NCBI RefSeq assembly: GCF_012955605.1
Contig: NZ_CP052135.1
Coordinates: forward strand, 1,623,469 to 1,647,468
From: Bacillus fonticola
GTDB taxonomy: Bacteria > Bacillota > Bacilli > Bacillales > JC228
Length of the DNA stretch: 24,000 nucleotides
Reading direction: 5' to 3'
Part shown: positions 16,063 to 24,000 of the stretch, in pieces
How the letters are laid out: each line of letters begins with the position of its first letter
How positions within the stretch are numbered: position 1 is the stretch's first letter
Notes under the pieces: model-generated
Seen by the model: only the letters and a program-made list of their open reading frames with translations
Databases searched by the model: none
What the model was told of the DNA's origin: nothing
Position numbers and translations under genes: made by a program

Positions 16063-16855
16063 GTCTTTCTATTCCTTGGCTCAAACACCATTTTCTAAAA
16101 ACTTGCGTTCGGCTGATGCCTTCCAATCAACTGACCACCAAGGTGCTCTTGGAGCACTCGATTACTTGAAGAAATCAAGAGGAATGGGTCTTCTTATCGG
16201 TGATCCCGGTGTGGGCAAAACCTTTACGTTGCGAACGTTTAAAGAATCATTGAATCCCTCGCTGTACCATGTCGTCTATTTCCCTCTTTCGACAGGAGGC
16301 GTTATGGACTTCTATCGAGGCTTAGTTTACGGTTTAGGAGAAGAGCCGAAATTCCGTAAAGTGGATGTATTTCGCCAAATTCAGCAAGGAATTGAACGAA
16401 TGGCCCATGAACGGAAGATGACCCCTGTTTTCATACTCGATGAAATGCATTTGTCTAAAGATGCGTTTCTACAAGACTTAGCGATTCTATTTAACTTTCA
16501 GATGGACTCAACGAATCCATTTATCTTGATTTTAGCTGGGTTGCCACACCTAAAGACACGCTTGTCTATTAATCATCACAGACCCCTATCCCAGCGATTG
16601 ATAATGAAATATGAGATACAGCCTCTAGTGAAGGAAGAAGTAGCCGAGTATATCGACCACCATATGAAGCTAGCTGGAGCTAAGATGCCTATTTTTACGG
16701 AGGCAGCTATTGAGGCGATTGCTTTACGGTCACAAGGACGACCTCGTGTTATTAACACGTTAACCATTAATAGCTTACTATTTGGAACGCAGCAGAAAAA
16801 AGAACAGATCGATGAAGAAGTGGTACGCTTAGCGATCGAGGATAGTGGGTTATGA
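16055..16855 (+). CDS. TniB/ExeA-like AAA+ ATPase
   Basis: Walker A GDPGVGKT and Walker B FILDEMH. Overlaps the transposase stop by 8 nt. Confidence 0.88.
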   Translation: MYKSFYSLAQTPFSKNLRSADAFQSTDHQGALGALDYLKKSRGMGLLIGDPGVGKTFTLRTFKESLNPSLYHVVYFPLSTGGVMDFYRGLVYGLGEEPKFRKVDVFRQIQQGIERMAHERKMTPVFILDEMHLSKDAFLQDLAILFNFQMDSTNPFILILAGLPHLKTRLSINHHRPLSQRLIMKYEIQPLVKEEVAEYIDHHMKLAGAKMPIFTEAAIEAIALRSQGRPRVINTLTINSLLFGTQQKKEQIDEEVVRLAIEDSGL

Positions 16856-17112
16856 TGACAAAAGGAATTATGATCTATAATCAGGAAGAACAAGAATGGA
16901 GATTATGGATTGGGCATCAAGACTACTGGATTCAACAAGGTTATTTCTTTGAACTATTCATTCAAGGGCAGTGTTTTCAAGCCTATCTTCAGAAGGATTT
17001 AGACTGGTTTATCACGATAGAGGATGATGTCAAACTAGTGCTGCACATACAGGAAGTCTATAAAGTAAGCGTTCAGCTAGAGGATTTTATAAAAGTCGAA
17101 GACCCGTTTTAG
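16852..17112 (+). CDS. Small transposon-associated protein (86 aa)
   Basis: ATGA overlap with the ATPase gene, followed directly by a terminator. Function unknown. Confidence 0.55.
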   Translation: MMTKGIMIYNQEEQEWRLWIGHQDYWIQQGYFFELFIQGQCFQAYLQKDLDWFITIEDDVKLVLHIQEVYKVSVQLEDFIKVEDPF

Positions 17113-17126
17113 GGTCTCTCTTTTTC
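17100..17126 (+). terminator. Rho-independent terminator of the transposon operon
   Basis: AGACCC gtttta GGGTCT followed by CTCTTTTTC. Confidence 0.6.
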
Positions 17127-17312
17127 ATTTTAAGAACTGGATTAATTTGAACAGAGTTTTGCATATTCCGGAATAACGTGGAAAACTGAGCACATTATTT
17201 CATATTTTCTCCCGCAATAATTTGAAAATGAGGTGCTGAAATAATGTGCTCGTTTACAATCATCCCATCCAATTTTTTTGCCTATACGAATCTTGTTATG
17301 TATAATGGGCAT

Positions 17313-17445
17313 ATAATAAAAGAGAGAAGTGTTCGAGCACACTTTCCCTACAGCCTCTACCGTCAGGGTGGTGGTTGTCAAAATATTTAATGTTTATCTT
17401 GAGAACCACCCTCTTGCTTGTGACGGCGTAGGGTGGTTTTCTTGT
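17313..17445 (+). ncRNA. Predicted antisense RNA of small-basic-peptide module, copy D
   Basis: TGTATAAT (TATAAT at 17301-17306), 5' hairpin, AACCACCCT/AGGGTGGTT stem followed by TTTCTTGT. Confidence 0.45.
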
Positions 17446-17536
17446 CTTCTAGTACGTTTTTCCGAAAGAGAAATGCGGCAATTTCACGCACTGCCCCTTT
17501 CAAAATTTCGCGAACGAATTCAAGAAATGTTTCCAT
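17387..17536 (-). CDS. 49-aa basic small protein, copy D
   Basis: METFLEFVREILKGAVREIAAFLFRKNVLEDKKTTLRRHKQEGGSQDKH. GGAGGTGA RBS. Minus-strand TGTATAAT upstream. Confidence 0.6.
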   Translation of the reverse strand: METFLEFVREILKGAVREIAAFLFRKNVLEDKKTTLRRHKQEGGSQDKH

Positions 17537-17702
17537 GATTATCACCTCCCTTCCGATCCAAATCGGAAAGAAGACTAACAATCAACCACCCTCACAATAT
17601 TCAGCTGTATCCCTCTATTATACACTCTTGTATAGAAGTTTACTAGAGAAAAAGGAAGCATATGTTTCTAATACATAAGAAATCTCTGTCCTGCTTCTGC
17701 AC

Positions 17703-19928
17703 TCACCTACCCAGTCTTGCCGCGCGATCAATCTTGTTCAATACAAAAATTTCCTGTTTTTCTTTGTCTGTTAACTCCCTTTCTGACAAGTTGTCAATAA
17801 GTTGATCTATTATCTTTTTTTCGTTTCTAGTCATATCTTTGTAGGTCCCACGCAATAATCCAACAATGGAAAACCACATGCCTACATTTGGAAGGAGACC
17901 TGCTCCGCCGAGTACGTAGTTTTTCCAATCTATTTTTTTGTGACTATTATCCTGACTAATTTCGTAAAGTAGTTGGTTATATTCATCTACTTTCTCTTTG
18001 CGTTCATTAGCTGTCAGTTGTTCAAAGTCAGAAAGCATATTTCTTAATGTTTCTCTAGTATGATGACGGTCTGCAATCTGATCAAATTCTGTTATAGGTA
18101 AGGACTCTGCTACATCGAACAATTTTAAGCTATGGGATTCTTGTCGGTGTAGTTGCTTTAACTTCATTAAAGTTTGTTGCTGCTCGCTGTGAGGGTACTT
18201 ATAGCTGTTTAAAATGTCGCCGACGATGTTAGCCACTCCAATGTTGCTATAAACTTTTCGTCCATCTGTTTCTTGAAATGGATAGTAGGTTGCATTTAAA
18301 GCATTAGAAATATAAATAGGAGAACTATTGGCTAGGAATTCGAAGTTGACTTTTTCATTTCCTTTAATGGATGGAATGAATTGATGAACTCCAATGTTAG
18401 CCAGTTGAAACGGACTATCAAAAGTAAGTATCTCCATACTTTTATTTTTGGCTTGAATCGGCCAGGTTAGCATTTTAAAAAGGTCTTCGCTTGAGACGTT
18501 TATTTGTTCTGAAATTTTATCACAAATAATCCGTAATAAATTCCATCCGTCTGAACCAAGATGATTCATGATAGACTGCTGGGCGATCTCTGTAAATTCT
18601 ACCGCTAAAAGTGCATGGATCCCTCTTCTAGTAACTAATGAAAACTCATCAATAGCAAAAGCATTCTTAATTAGCTCCTGATTGTACCGTTTTTCGTCAT
18701 TAACTAGGAAAAGTTTCATTCTACCTCTTCGAATAAGTTCCCAAAGTTCCTCTATCTGCATCCCTTGTTGTTCTAGCCACATTCTTGTATTCTTCTTATC
18801 ATCCATTTCTAATGGTGGAGCAATATAAACGACATCATACAAAAGAAGATGATTCCGCAAATTCAAATTTGAAAAGACAGAAAAATCTAGGTAGCATTTT
18901 GTTACATGTTCTTGGTAAAAATACAGCTTGTCTTTCGTATACTCCCCTGTATATATTTTCTCCGCATTTCTAAACCACAAATCAGCATCTCGAGTTGAAA
19001 ATGGCATCGTGCGGTATGTCTGAACGTGGAGGGCCCTTTCATTTACTGGAGGCGTAGAAACCCCTTGATTCCTTATATGAACTGTTTCGATCGAAGGATT
19101 AAGCTTACAAATAAGTTTTTCAATATTCTCCCGCTCTTCCAAAGTTAAGGTGCTTGAACCGGCGATTGAAACATGCGTAACTTTATCTCGAAATAAAACA
19201 GAACCGACTTTTTGACTAGCATATCGTTGGAGAACAGTATCCCAATCCGAAGAACTTGTAAGACTTCCGTTATGCACCTCAAAGGTATACTTCCCCCATT
19301 TTAATTTCAAAGCATGGTGAAAATTATATAATTCCTGCGGTGAAGCGTGCACAGTAATGATCTTATAGTGGCTCCCAGTTCTATCAGCTATAACCGACTT
19401 AATAAAAACAAAGCTTTTACTTATTTCAACGATTTTCTCCCAGTAGTTTTCTAAGACAAATCTAATGATTATATTTGAAAAGGGGGTTACCGTCTGAGTA
19501 AACTCTCGCAATTCATGCAACATGCCCTGCTTTTGCTCAGCATCATCTACGACTTCTATAATTAGTTCGTGATATGTATAGTCCACGTATAAGCCTTCAA
19601 ACTTCAAAGCGTGAAACTTACTTTCAAGAATTGTTCTCAACTGCATGATCGTTAACGGGAACCCTCTGAATCCTGAAACTGGGTTTGGAATAGAAGGAAT
19701 CTTTTTATTGTATTTCTCCGGTACGTAAGTCGATAGTGCTATTGCTTCTGCAGCGGGTCGAATTGAATAATCAAACGTTTTAACCATTTCATCAAAATAC
19801 TCCAGCGAAGAAAGGCAGACGATGACATAAGCCCGATGGTCAACCTCATAAATTTCCGTCTCTAAACCTAAAAACTCGTTCCTTAATCTAAAATCTACTC
19901 TTTGCACTTGATAGTCAAAACTTTGCAT
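17703..19928 (-). CDS. Large hypothetical protein (741 aa), no recognisable catalytic or NTPase motif
   Basis: Long uninterrupted ORF with an AAGAAGGGG RBS. Hydrophobic segment YVLGGAGLLPNVGMWFSIVGLL (residues 671-692, nt 17853-17918) preceded by a long E/K/Q-rich helical region. A terminator lies upstream, so the gene is probably monocistronic. Confidence 0.85.
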   Translation of the reverse strand: MQSFDYQVQRVDFRLRNEFLGLETEIYEVDHRAYVIVCLSSLEYFDEMVKTFDYSIRPAAEAIALSTYVPEKYNKKIPSIPNPVSGFRGFPLTIMQLRTILESKFHALKFEGLYVDYTYHELIIEVVDDAEQKQGMLHELREFTQTVTPFSNIIIRFVLENYWEKIVEISKSFVFIKSVIADRTGSHYKIITVHASPQELYNFHHALKLKWGKYTFEVHNGSLTSSSDWDTVLQRYASQKVGSVLFRDKVTHVSIAGSSTLTLEERENIEKLICKLNPSIETVHIRNQGVSTPPVNERALHVQTYRTMPFSTRDADLWFRNAEKIYTGEYTKDKLYFYQEHVTKCYLDFSVFSNLNLRNHLLLYDVVYIAPPLEMDDKKNTRMWLEQQGMQIEELWELIRRGRMKLFLVNDEKRYNQELIKNAFAIDEFSLVTRRGIHALLAVEFTEIAQQSIMNHLGSDGWNLLRIICDKISEQINVSSEDLFKMLTWPIQAKNKSMEILTFDSPFQLANIGVHQFIPSIKGNEKVNFEFLANSSPIYISNALNATYYPFQETDGRKVYSNIGVANIVGDILNSYKYPHSEQQQTLMKLKQLHRQESHSLKLFDVAESLPITEFDQIADRHHTRETLRNMLSDFEQLTANERKEKVDEYNQLLYEISQDNSHKKIDWKNYVLGGAGLLPNVGMWFSIVGLLRGTYKDMTRNEKKIIDQLIDNLSERELTDKEKQEIFVLNKIDRAARLGR

Positions 19929-20052
19929 GGATACCCCTTCTTAACGTCCAGAACTCGAAATTCCTTTGGATCCATTCTCTTCCCACAAGCATGACTCATC
20001 CCCCTCATTCATAATTTTTTCCGTTACTAACTCTACAACAAAAATTCCGGAG

Positions 20053-20086
20053 AGAAAAAAATAAACCCACTAAGTGTCTCAGCGGG
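20053..20086 (-). terminator. Rho-independent terminator insulating the 741-aa gene from upstream transcription
   Basis: Minus strand reads CCCGCTG agacact TAGTGGG (includes G-U pairs) followed by TTTATTTTTTTCTC. Confidence 0.5.
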
Positions 20087-20232
20087 CAATTCTCCTACAT
20101 AATACACAGTAAACTCTACACTAACATCGGGTCATCATTTTTCTTGGGGAAGATAAACATGAGTGTATTTGTTTCTAAGACTTTGTATAGCCCTGGCTTT
20201 TTGCCAAATACCTCATTCCCAGCTTTGTTTCA

Positions 20233-20286
20233 TTTTACTATATTGGTAAAGATTAGGTGAACACAAGAACCGCCCCGTGCTTCCTC
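20233..20286. repeat. Dispersed repeat (tttactatattggtaaa..gaacacaagaaccg.cccgtg)
   Basis: Near-identical to 3373-3436 and 3732-3787. Confidence 0.6.
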
Positions 20287-20431
20287 AGTGATTATTTTTC
20301 ATCTGCCGGATTAACCTTTTCATTACCTCATCTTGCTCTCTAGTACTTCTTGTAGGGACAGTGTACACGCCGCCCTTTACCGCTCTCTCCAACTGCATGA
20401 CATTTTTTCGGCTAATTGTTTTTATCTTCAC
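20285..20431 (-). CDS. Possible 48-aa small protein (GTG start)
   Basis: VKIKTISRKNVMQLERAVKGGVYTVPTRSTREQDEVMKRLIRQMKNNH, with an AAGGAGAG RBS 7 nt upstream. No family recognised; may be a gene remnant. Confidence 0.3.
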   Translation of the reverse strand: MKIKTISRKNVMQLERAVKGGVYTVPTRSTREQDEVMKRLIRQMKNNH

Positions 20432-20521
20432 AGTTAATCTCTCCTTCAAAAGTAGGTCGTAACCAACTGCTCGGCCGCTTCTGTCGTTAATACAAGTTTC
20501 CGTGCTTTTCGGCTTACAACT

Positions 20522-20755
20522 TCAGCATTCCTTTATCGTTAACTTCTTCAACGTACAAGTGTTGGAATTATAGTAAACAGCCCAATCAAACTTACTCCAG
20601 CCATACTTTGAACTAATTTGATTTAGGTCTTCCCTTGTCACGGAACTTACATCAGTTGGGTATATTTCTCCAGATTCTCTATGCTCTAAGCATGGAGTAT
20701 ATTGATCTACGATGATTGACACTTCATGAGTGAACTCACTGTTGATTCCTTTCAT
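20522..20755 (-). pseudogene. N-terminal fragment of a GNAT-like acetyltransferase
   Basis: MKGINSEFTHEVSIIVDQYTPCLEHRESGEIYPTDV...GWSKFDW. From memory this resembles the N-terminus of a Firmicute GNAT family. The acetyl-CoA-binding part is absent and there is no RBS. Confidence 0.45.
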
Positions 20756-21177
20756 TGGAGGGCTGGCAAGGCTTCTTTTTCCTAAAAAAGAAGTACAAAG
20801 TTGTGTACGTATTCGTTGCACGACTCTGTACTTCTATTTTGCACTACACATAAGTCATCGTTTATCTCCTTTCCTTAGATTAGGTATGTGCATGGAAGTT
20901 CTGTAGTAGGTGCCTCCATTGTACAAGATAACGATGGCTTTTTTCATTTGATAACGGGCTATTTACTATACTAGGCACTGAGACCTTCTGTGAAACAAGA
21001 AAGTGGTGACAGCCATCATCACCCAAAGGGAATCTATACTATGCCAAGAACATTCATTCGACAAATTTCAGAAAGTGCCTGGGCACAAAGCCCTTAAGAA
21101 TAGCCCATTAGTAAAAGAACATCAAGAACATTTGTTCACGTATAACAAAAAAGAAGCATGAGAACTGTCCCCGTGTT

Positions 21178-22221
21178 TTAGATACGTATATGTGCGTTCA
21201 ACGATTGATTAAGCGTGTATCCCATTAATGTTTTTTCAACAATGTGGAAGTCAAACAACTTATCAATGCCATTTATAATATCCTCTTCAGGAAACCTTTT
21301 GGCTTTATCTCCTGACCAGCGTTTGAATTCATCTACAATTTCAGCTTGTGTTAGTTCTTCTTTTTCTTTTAATAAATACGTAATTGTAGATAAACATTCT
21401 AATTCATGATTGGTGTTGAATGTGTTAACGTATTCTGCTGCTTTTTTAATAAATGGTTGTAATGTTGCAAGCTTTAATTCAACATGACCACTTACAATTT
21501 TATTATACAAAATACCATAGGCCTCTTGTGTACTTTTGACACCATGATACTTCTGAAATTCCTTAATGTTCCTGCTGATAATAGCAATAGAATTATCGTA
21601 TGGCCCGTATTTATGTCTTGTGAAATTGAAATAATGCTCCCCAGAAAAAACATCCATATAGAAAGCTGTCTTTTGAAGTCGTAACGTATCAAATTTCTTG
21701 AGGTGGTGTTTGATATCCATTAAAACAAGCCCAGATAAACTTAAATTGGGTTCAGATTTTGGTTGAGATACGTAATTTTGAGACGGTTCGTATATAAGAA
21801 TTTGAACATTTTCATCAACAGCGGATAACTTTTTCTCGATTAACGCTTTCACATCATTCCAAATTAAACCGCCATTTCCACTTCCTAAAGGTGGAATAGC
21901 AATCGACTGAATACCCAATTGCTCTATTAACTTTACAAGCTCATCCAGTCCTTTTTCTACATATTCAATCTTAGACTTCGCTCTCCACTTATTTTTTGTC
22001 GGAAAGTTAATAATGATTTTACCGTCTTCTTTAAAATAATGTAGCTTCCCAATTTGCAATTCTCCTGTTTTACATGCTTTGACATAATCTTTATTATTGT
22101 TAGGGAACTGCATTTTGAACTGATAAGCAATACCTTTCCCCATATAACCTTCACAATTCACGGTATTCACCAAGGCATCAGCTGATGATTTTAATAAATC
22201 ACCTGTAGTATAGATAATCAC
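21178..22221 (-). CDS. darG: DarG antitoxin (N-terminal macrodomain plus C-terminal DarT-binding region)
   Basis: Macrodomain signature GDLLKSSADALVNTVNCEGYMGKGIAYQFK ... IAIPPLGSGNGGL. GTG start with a GAGAGGTGA RBS, 31 nt after darT. Confidence 0.88.
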   Translation of the reverse strand: MIIYTTGDLLKSSADALVNTVNCEGYMGKGIAYQFKMQFPNNNKDYVKACKTGELQIGKLHYFKEDGKIIINFPTKNKWRAKSKIEYVEKGLDELVKLIEQLGIQSIAIPPLGSGNGGLIWNDVKALIEKKLSAVDENVQILIYEPSQNYVSQPKSEPNLSLSGLVLMDIKHHLKKFDTLRLQKTAFYMDVFSGEHYFNFTRHKYGPYDNSIAIISRNIKEFQKYHGVKSTQEAYGILYNKIVSGHVELKLATLQPFIKKAAEYVNTFNTNHELECLSTITYLLKEKEELTQAEIVDEFKRWSGDKAKRFPEEDIINGIDKLFDFHIVEKTLMGYTLNQSLNAHIRI

Positions 22222-22252
22222 GTTTTCACCTCTCTTTCTTCAACAGTTTTTT

Positions 22253-22846
22253 CTATAGCCAGTGACCTATATCCACAAACGGTGGCATTTTGTAAATTCC
22301 TTTTGATTGCAATTTCTTCTTAACCATCGCCCTTGTTGCTTCATTTTTTACATAAATACATTGAAAAAGCTTGGCTGGAACAACTAAAGGCGTCAAACAT
22401 TCAGCCATTTTTACATTCTTAGTATATCGTTCTTCCGTTCCTGGTGTGTGCATCGTATCCCAATCAATTGCTTCAAAGCCCTCACCATAGTCATATAATT
22501 GATAATTTTCTTTATTGTTAAGTGGATGTATTGGTAGTATTTTGAAATTATTTTCTTTGGCTAGCCCTCTCGTAATACAAATATATATGAATTCTTCATC
22601 TGCATATGTGCTTTTTACAGCAACATCGAATGAGGAATACGGATGGAAATGAAAAGGTATATATTCATCCAATCCAAGTTCTGTTCGCTTAGTAATGATT
22701 TCTTGGTTTGCAATATCAAAAAATCGAACATCACTATCTTTCACTAATTTTCTTGATACTAAACCGTGTTCCAATATGGAGTCTAGGTTCGACAATCTTG
22801 TCAAATGATATAAGAGTTTGCTCGTTTTTATATTATCAATTGCCAT
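22253..22846 (-). CDS. darT: DarT ssDNA ADP-ribosyltransferase toxin (DUF4433)
   Basis: LYHLTRLSNLDSILEHGL (the YHxT start), IPFHFHP, and catalytic-Glu context KMAECLT comparable to the QAEFLV of characterised DarT. Toxin-first gene order. Confidence 0.85.
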   Translation of the reverse strand: MAIDNIKTSKLLYHLTRLSNLDSILEHGLVSRKLVKDSDVRFFDIANQEIITKRTELGLDEYIPFHFHPYSSFDVAVKSTYADEEFIYICITRGLAKENNFKILPIHPLNNKENYQLYDYGEGFEAIDWDTMHTPGTEERYTKNVKMAECLTPLVVPAKLFQCIYVKNEATRAMVKKKLQSKGIYKMPPFVDIGHWL

Positions 22847-23061
22847 GTTTGAATTCCACCTTATTATAATACTGCCAATATAGCAAGCCGTGATATTTAT
22901 TCGATTGAGTTAAGATTTAGTGGGAGTTTTTTTCTACAATGTGAAGCAAAGGGACGGTTCCTTTGCTTCCACTTGAGATAATTTCACCATCAATTGTAGC
23001 GTATTCAAGGGCTGGGTACATGAACCTAAAGGACAATCCCCAACATATCCCACGCTACGCC

Positions 23062-23558
23062 TTAAAAGATAAGATTCGCAGAAACGCCTAAGATCCTTGC
23101 AGCCTGACGTTGTGATAGTCCATCTATTCCTTTTATTTTTCTCAAGACTTCATTTCTTTTTAACCTAGGTAAACTCTTTACTTGCGCTATCTCAATCGAA
23201 CCTAGTGTCTGTCTAATTTCTAATCTCGCATCTTCATCCATTTTTCTACTATTATTAATGCGTTCATCTAGACACTTATCATGATTCAGCTCTTCATTAA
23301 ATGCTTTAAATTTCTCTTTTGCAATTGTTCTATCTCCAGGAAACATCCCTAATAGTAAGTCTTTATCCAACTAATCACTCGGAAAATAACTTTTATCATA
23401 GTATCCAAGACAACTGCTCCACTTCCCTTCATCAACCTTATCTACGACACCAGCTTTTACTGGGTTTTGATGAATATACCTTTTAACCGTTAGTAAATAA
23501 TTATCCGTTTCTACATTTTCACTTTTGAATCACTTTTCACCCTAGCTCTTCGGGGCAT
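23062..23558 (-). pseudogene. Decayed copy of the Y1 (HUH) transposase gene
   Basis: Reads MPRRARVKS, then an internal deletion removing the HUH core, then ..FKSENVETDNYLLTVKRYIHQNPVKAG..(stop)..LDKDLLLGMF...GLSQRQAARILGVSANLIF. Track ORF 23062-23370 is its C-terminal part. Confidence 0.8.
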
Positions 23559-23564
23559 TTCTTC

Positions 23565-23970
23565 ACTCCTCAAGATAAAGTTCAAAATATGGGATGATAA
23601 ATGTCTACCGCCAATCCTTTCTGCCCATTACCAGAATGTAACATTGTCATAGCTTCCCAGATGGGTTTGTCATAGGTAGGTGTAATACTTAATGGAATGT
23701 CTGAGGTGTGAGATGTAGTAAATAAAGAAGGGGTGAATTAACTTGAAAAGACTCGATGACTTCATGTAATGTTTCAACAAACCGGATCTCCAATCATTTG
23801 AATAAAAAGCAGCCATCACCTGATGCTTCGACTCCTTCGCAAAGCGTCTGGGAGACCTACAATACAAATTCCTTCTACATCAGATAACAGCTGCACATCA
23901 GCTTGTATTCAGTACCTATTCAGTACCACTGCATCCCTTTTGCCCAATGCTTTCTATCACAGCAGCCCAT
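23565..23970 (-). pseudogene. Heavily decayed comM/yifB-like N-terminal fragment
   Basis: From the ATG at 23970, with multiple frameshifts: MAAVIESIGQKG.., ..VGLPDAFAKESKHQVMAAFYSND.. parallels VGLPDAAVKESKDRVMAALFAND of the intact copy. It abuts the Y1 transposase pseudogene. Confidence 0.5.
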
Positions 23971-24000
23971 AACCTCACACCTTACACCTTTTGTTATATT

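Larger units (their letters stand above)
14018..17258 (+). mobile_element. Tn552/Mu-like transposon (DDE transposase plus AAA+ target-selection ATPase), apparently intact
   Basis: Ends TGTAAACAGTCAC... and ...GTGCTCGTTTACA are inverted. The 7 bp direct repeat ATCATCC occurs at 14011-14017 and 17259-17265. Four co-directional, overlapping genes lie inside. Confidence 0.8.

Noticed and set aside
19960-20010. Possible 23-26 aa upstream leader ORFs before the 741-aa gene (MNEGDESCLWEENG.. and MLVGREWIQRNFEFWTL..)
   Set aside because: They are very short, their frames overlap each other, and only one has a plausible RBS. Nothing distinguishes them from chance ORFs without conservation data.
22943-22969. 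10 bp-stem hairpin GAAGCAAAGG/CCTTTGCTTC upstream of darT, considered as a terminator
   Set aside because: The T-run precedes the stem on the plus strand and an A-run follows it on the minus strand, so it is not a canonical intrinsic terminator in either direction. It is better explained as an inverted copy of the dispersed hairpin repeat.
1-24000. CRISPR arrays, tRNA or rRNA genes
   Set aside because: No regularly spaced direct repeats with unique spacers and no tRNA- or rRNA-like sequences were seen on either strand. The repeats present are dispersed elements, IS ends and the small-gene modules described above.

Overview
Low-GC, Bacillaceae-like chromosomal window, called from hand translation and motif reading only; no searches were run. 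A conserved sugar block sits in the middle on the minus strand: a licB/licC/licA-type cellobiose/lichenan PTS, a GH1 6-phospho-beta-glucosidase, a LicR-type PRD activator and a Gfo/Idh/MocA oxidoreductase. It is surrounded by heavily rearranged accessory DNA. The accessory parts are listed here. (1) A comM/yifB-type gene start with a canonical LexA box, plus two decayed comM-like pseudogenes, each followed by an IS200-like Y1 (HUH) transposase, one intact and one decayed. (2) An IS3-family element with a frameshifted orfB. (3) An apparently intact 3.2 kb Tn552/Mu-like transposon (Zn-ribbon protein, DDE transposase, TniB/ExeA-like ATPase, small protein) with a 7 bp target duplication. (4) A DarT-DarG ADP-ribosylation toxin-antitoxin/defence pair. 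(5) Near DarTG, a monocistronic 741-aa protein in which I recognise no motif; this is my best candidate for an undescribed defence-type gene. (6) Two unannotated small-gene/antisense-RNA families missing from the ORF track. One is a 35-aa hydrophobic type I toxin with a convergent antisense RNA (1 intact and 2 decayed copies). The other is a 49-aa basic, non-hydrophobic peptide with a convergent antisense RNA (3 intact and 1 truncated copies) whose mRNA ends carry a conserved GGGTGGT/ACCACCC pairing system. Several short repeat families and a 360 bp tandem duplication complete the picture. No rRNA, tRNA or CRISPR array was seen.
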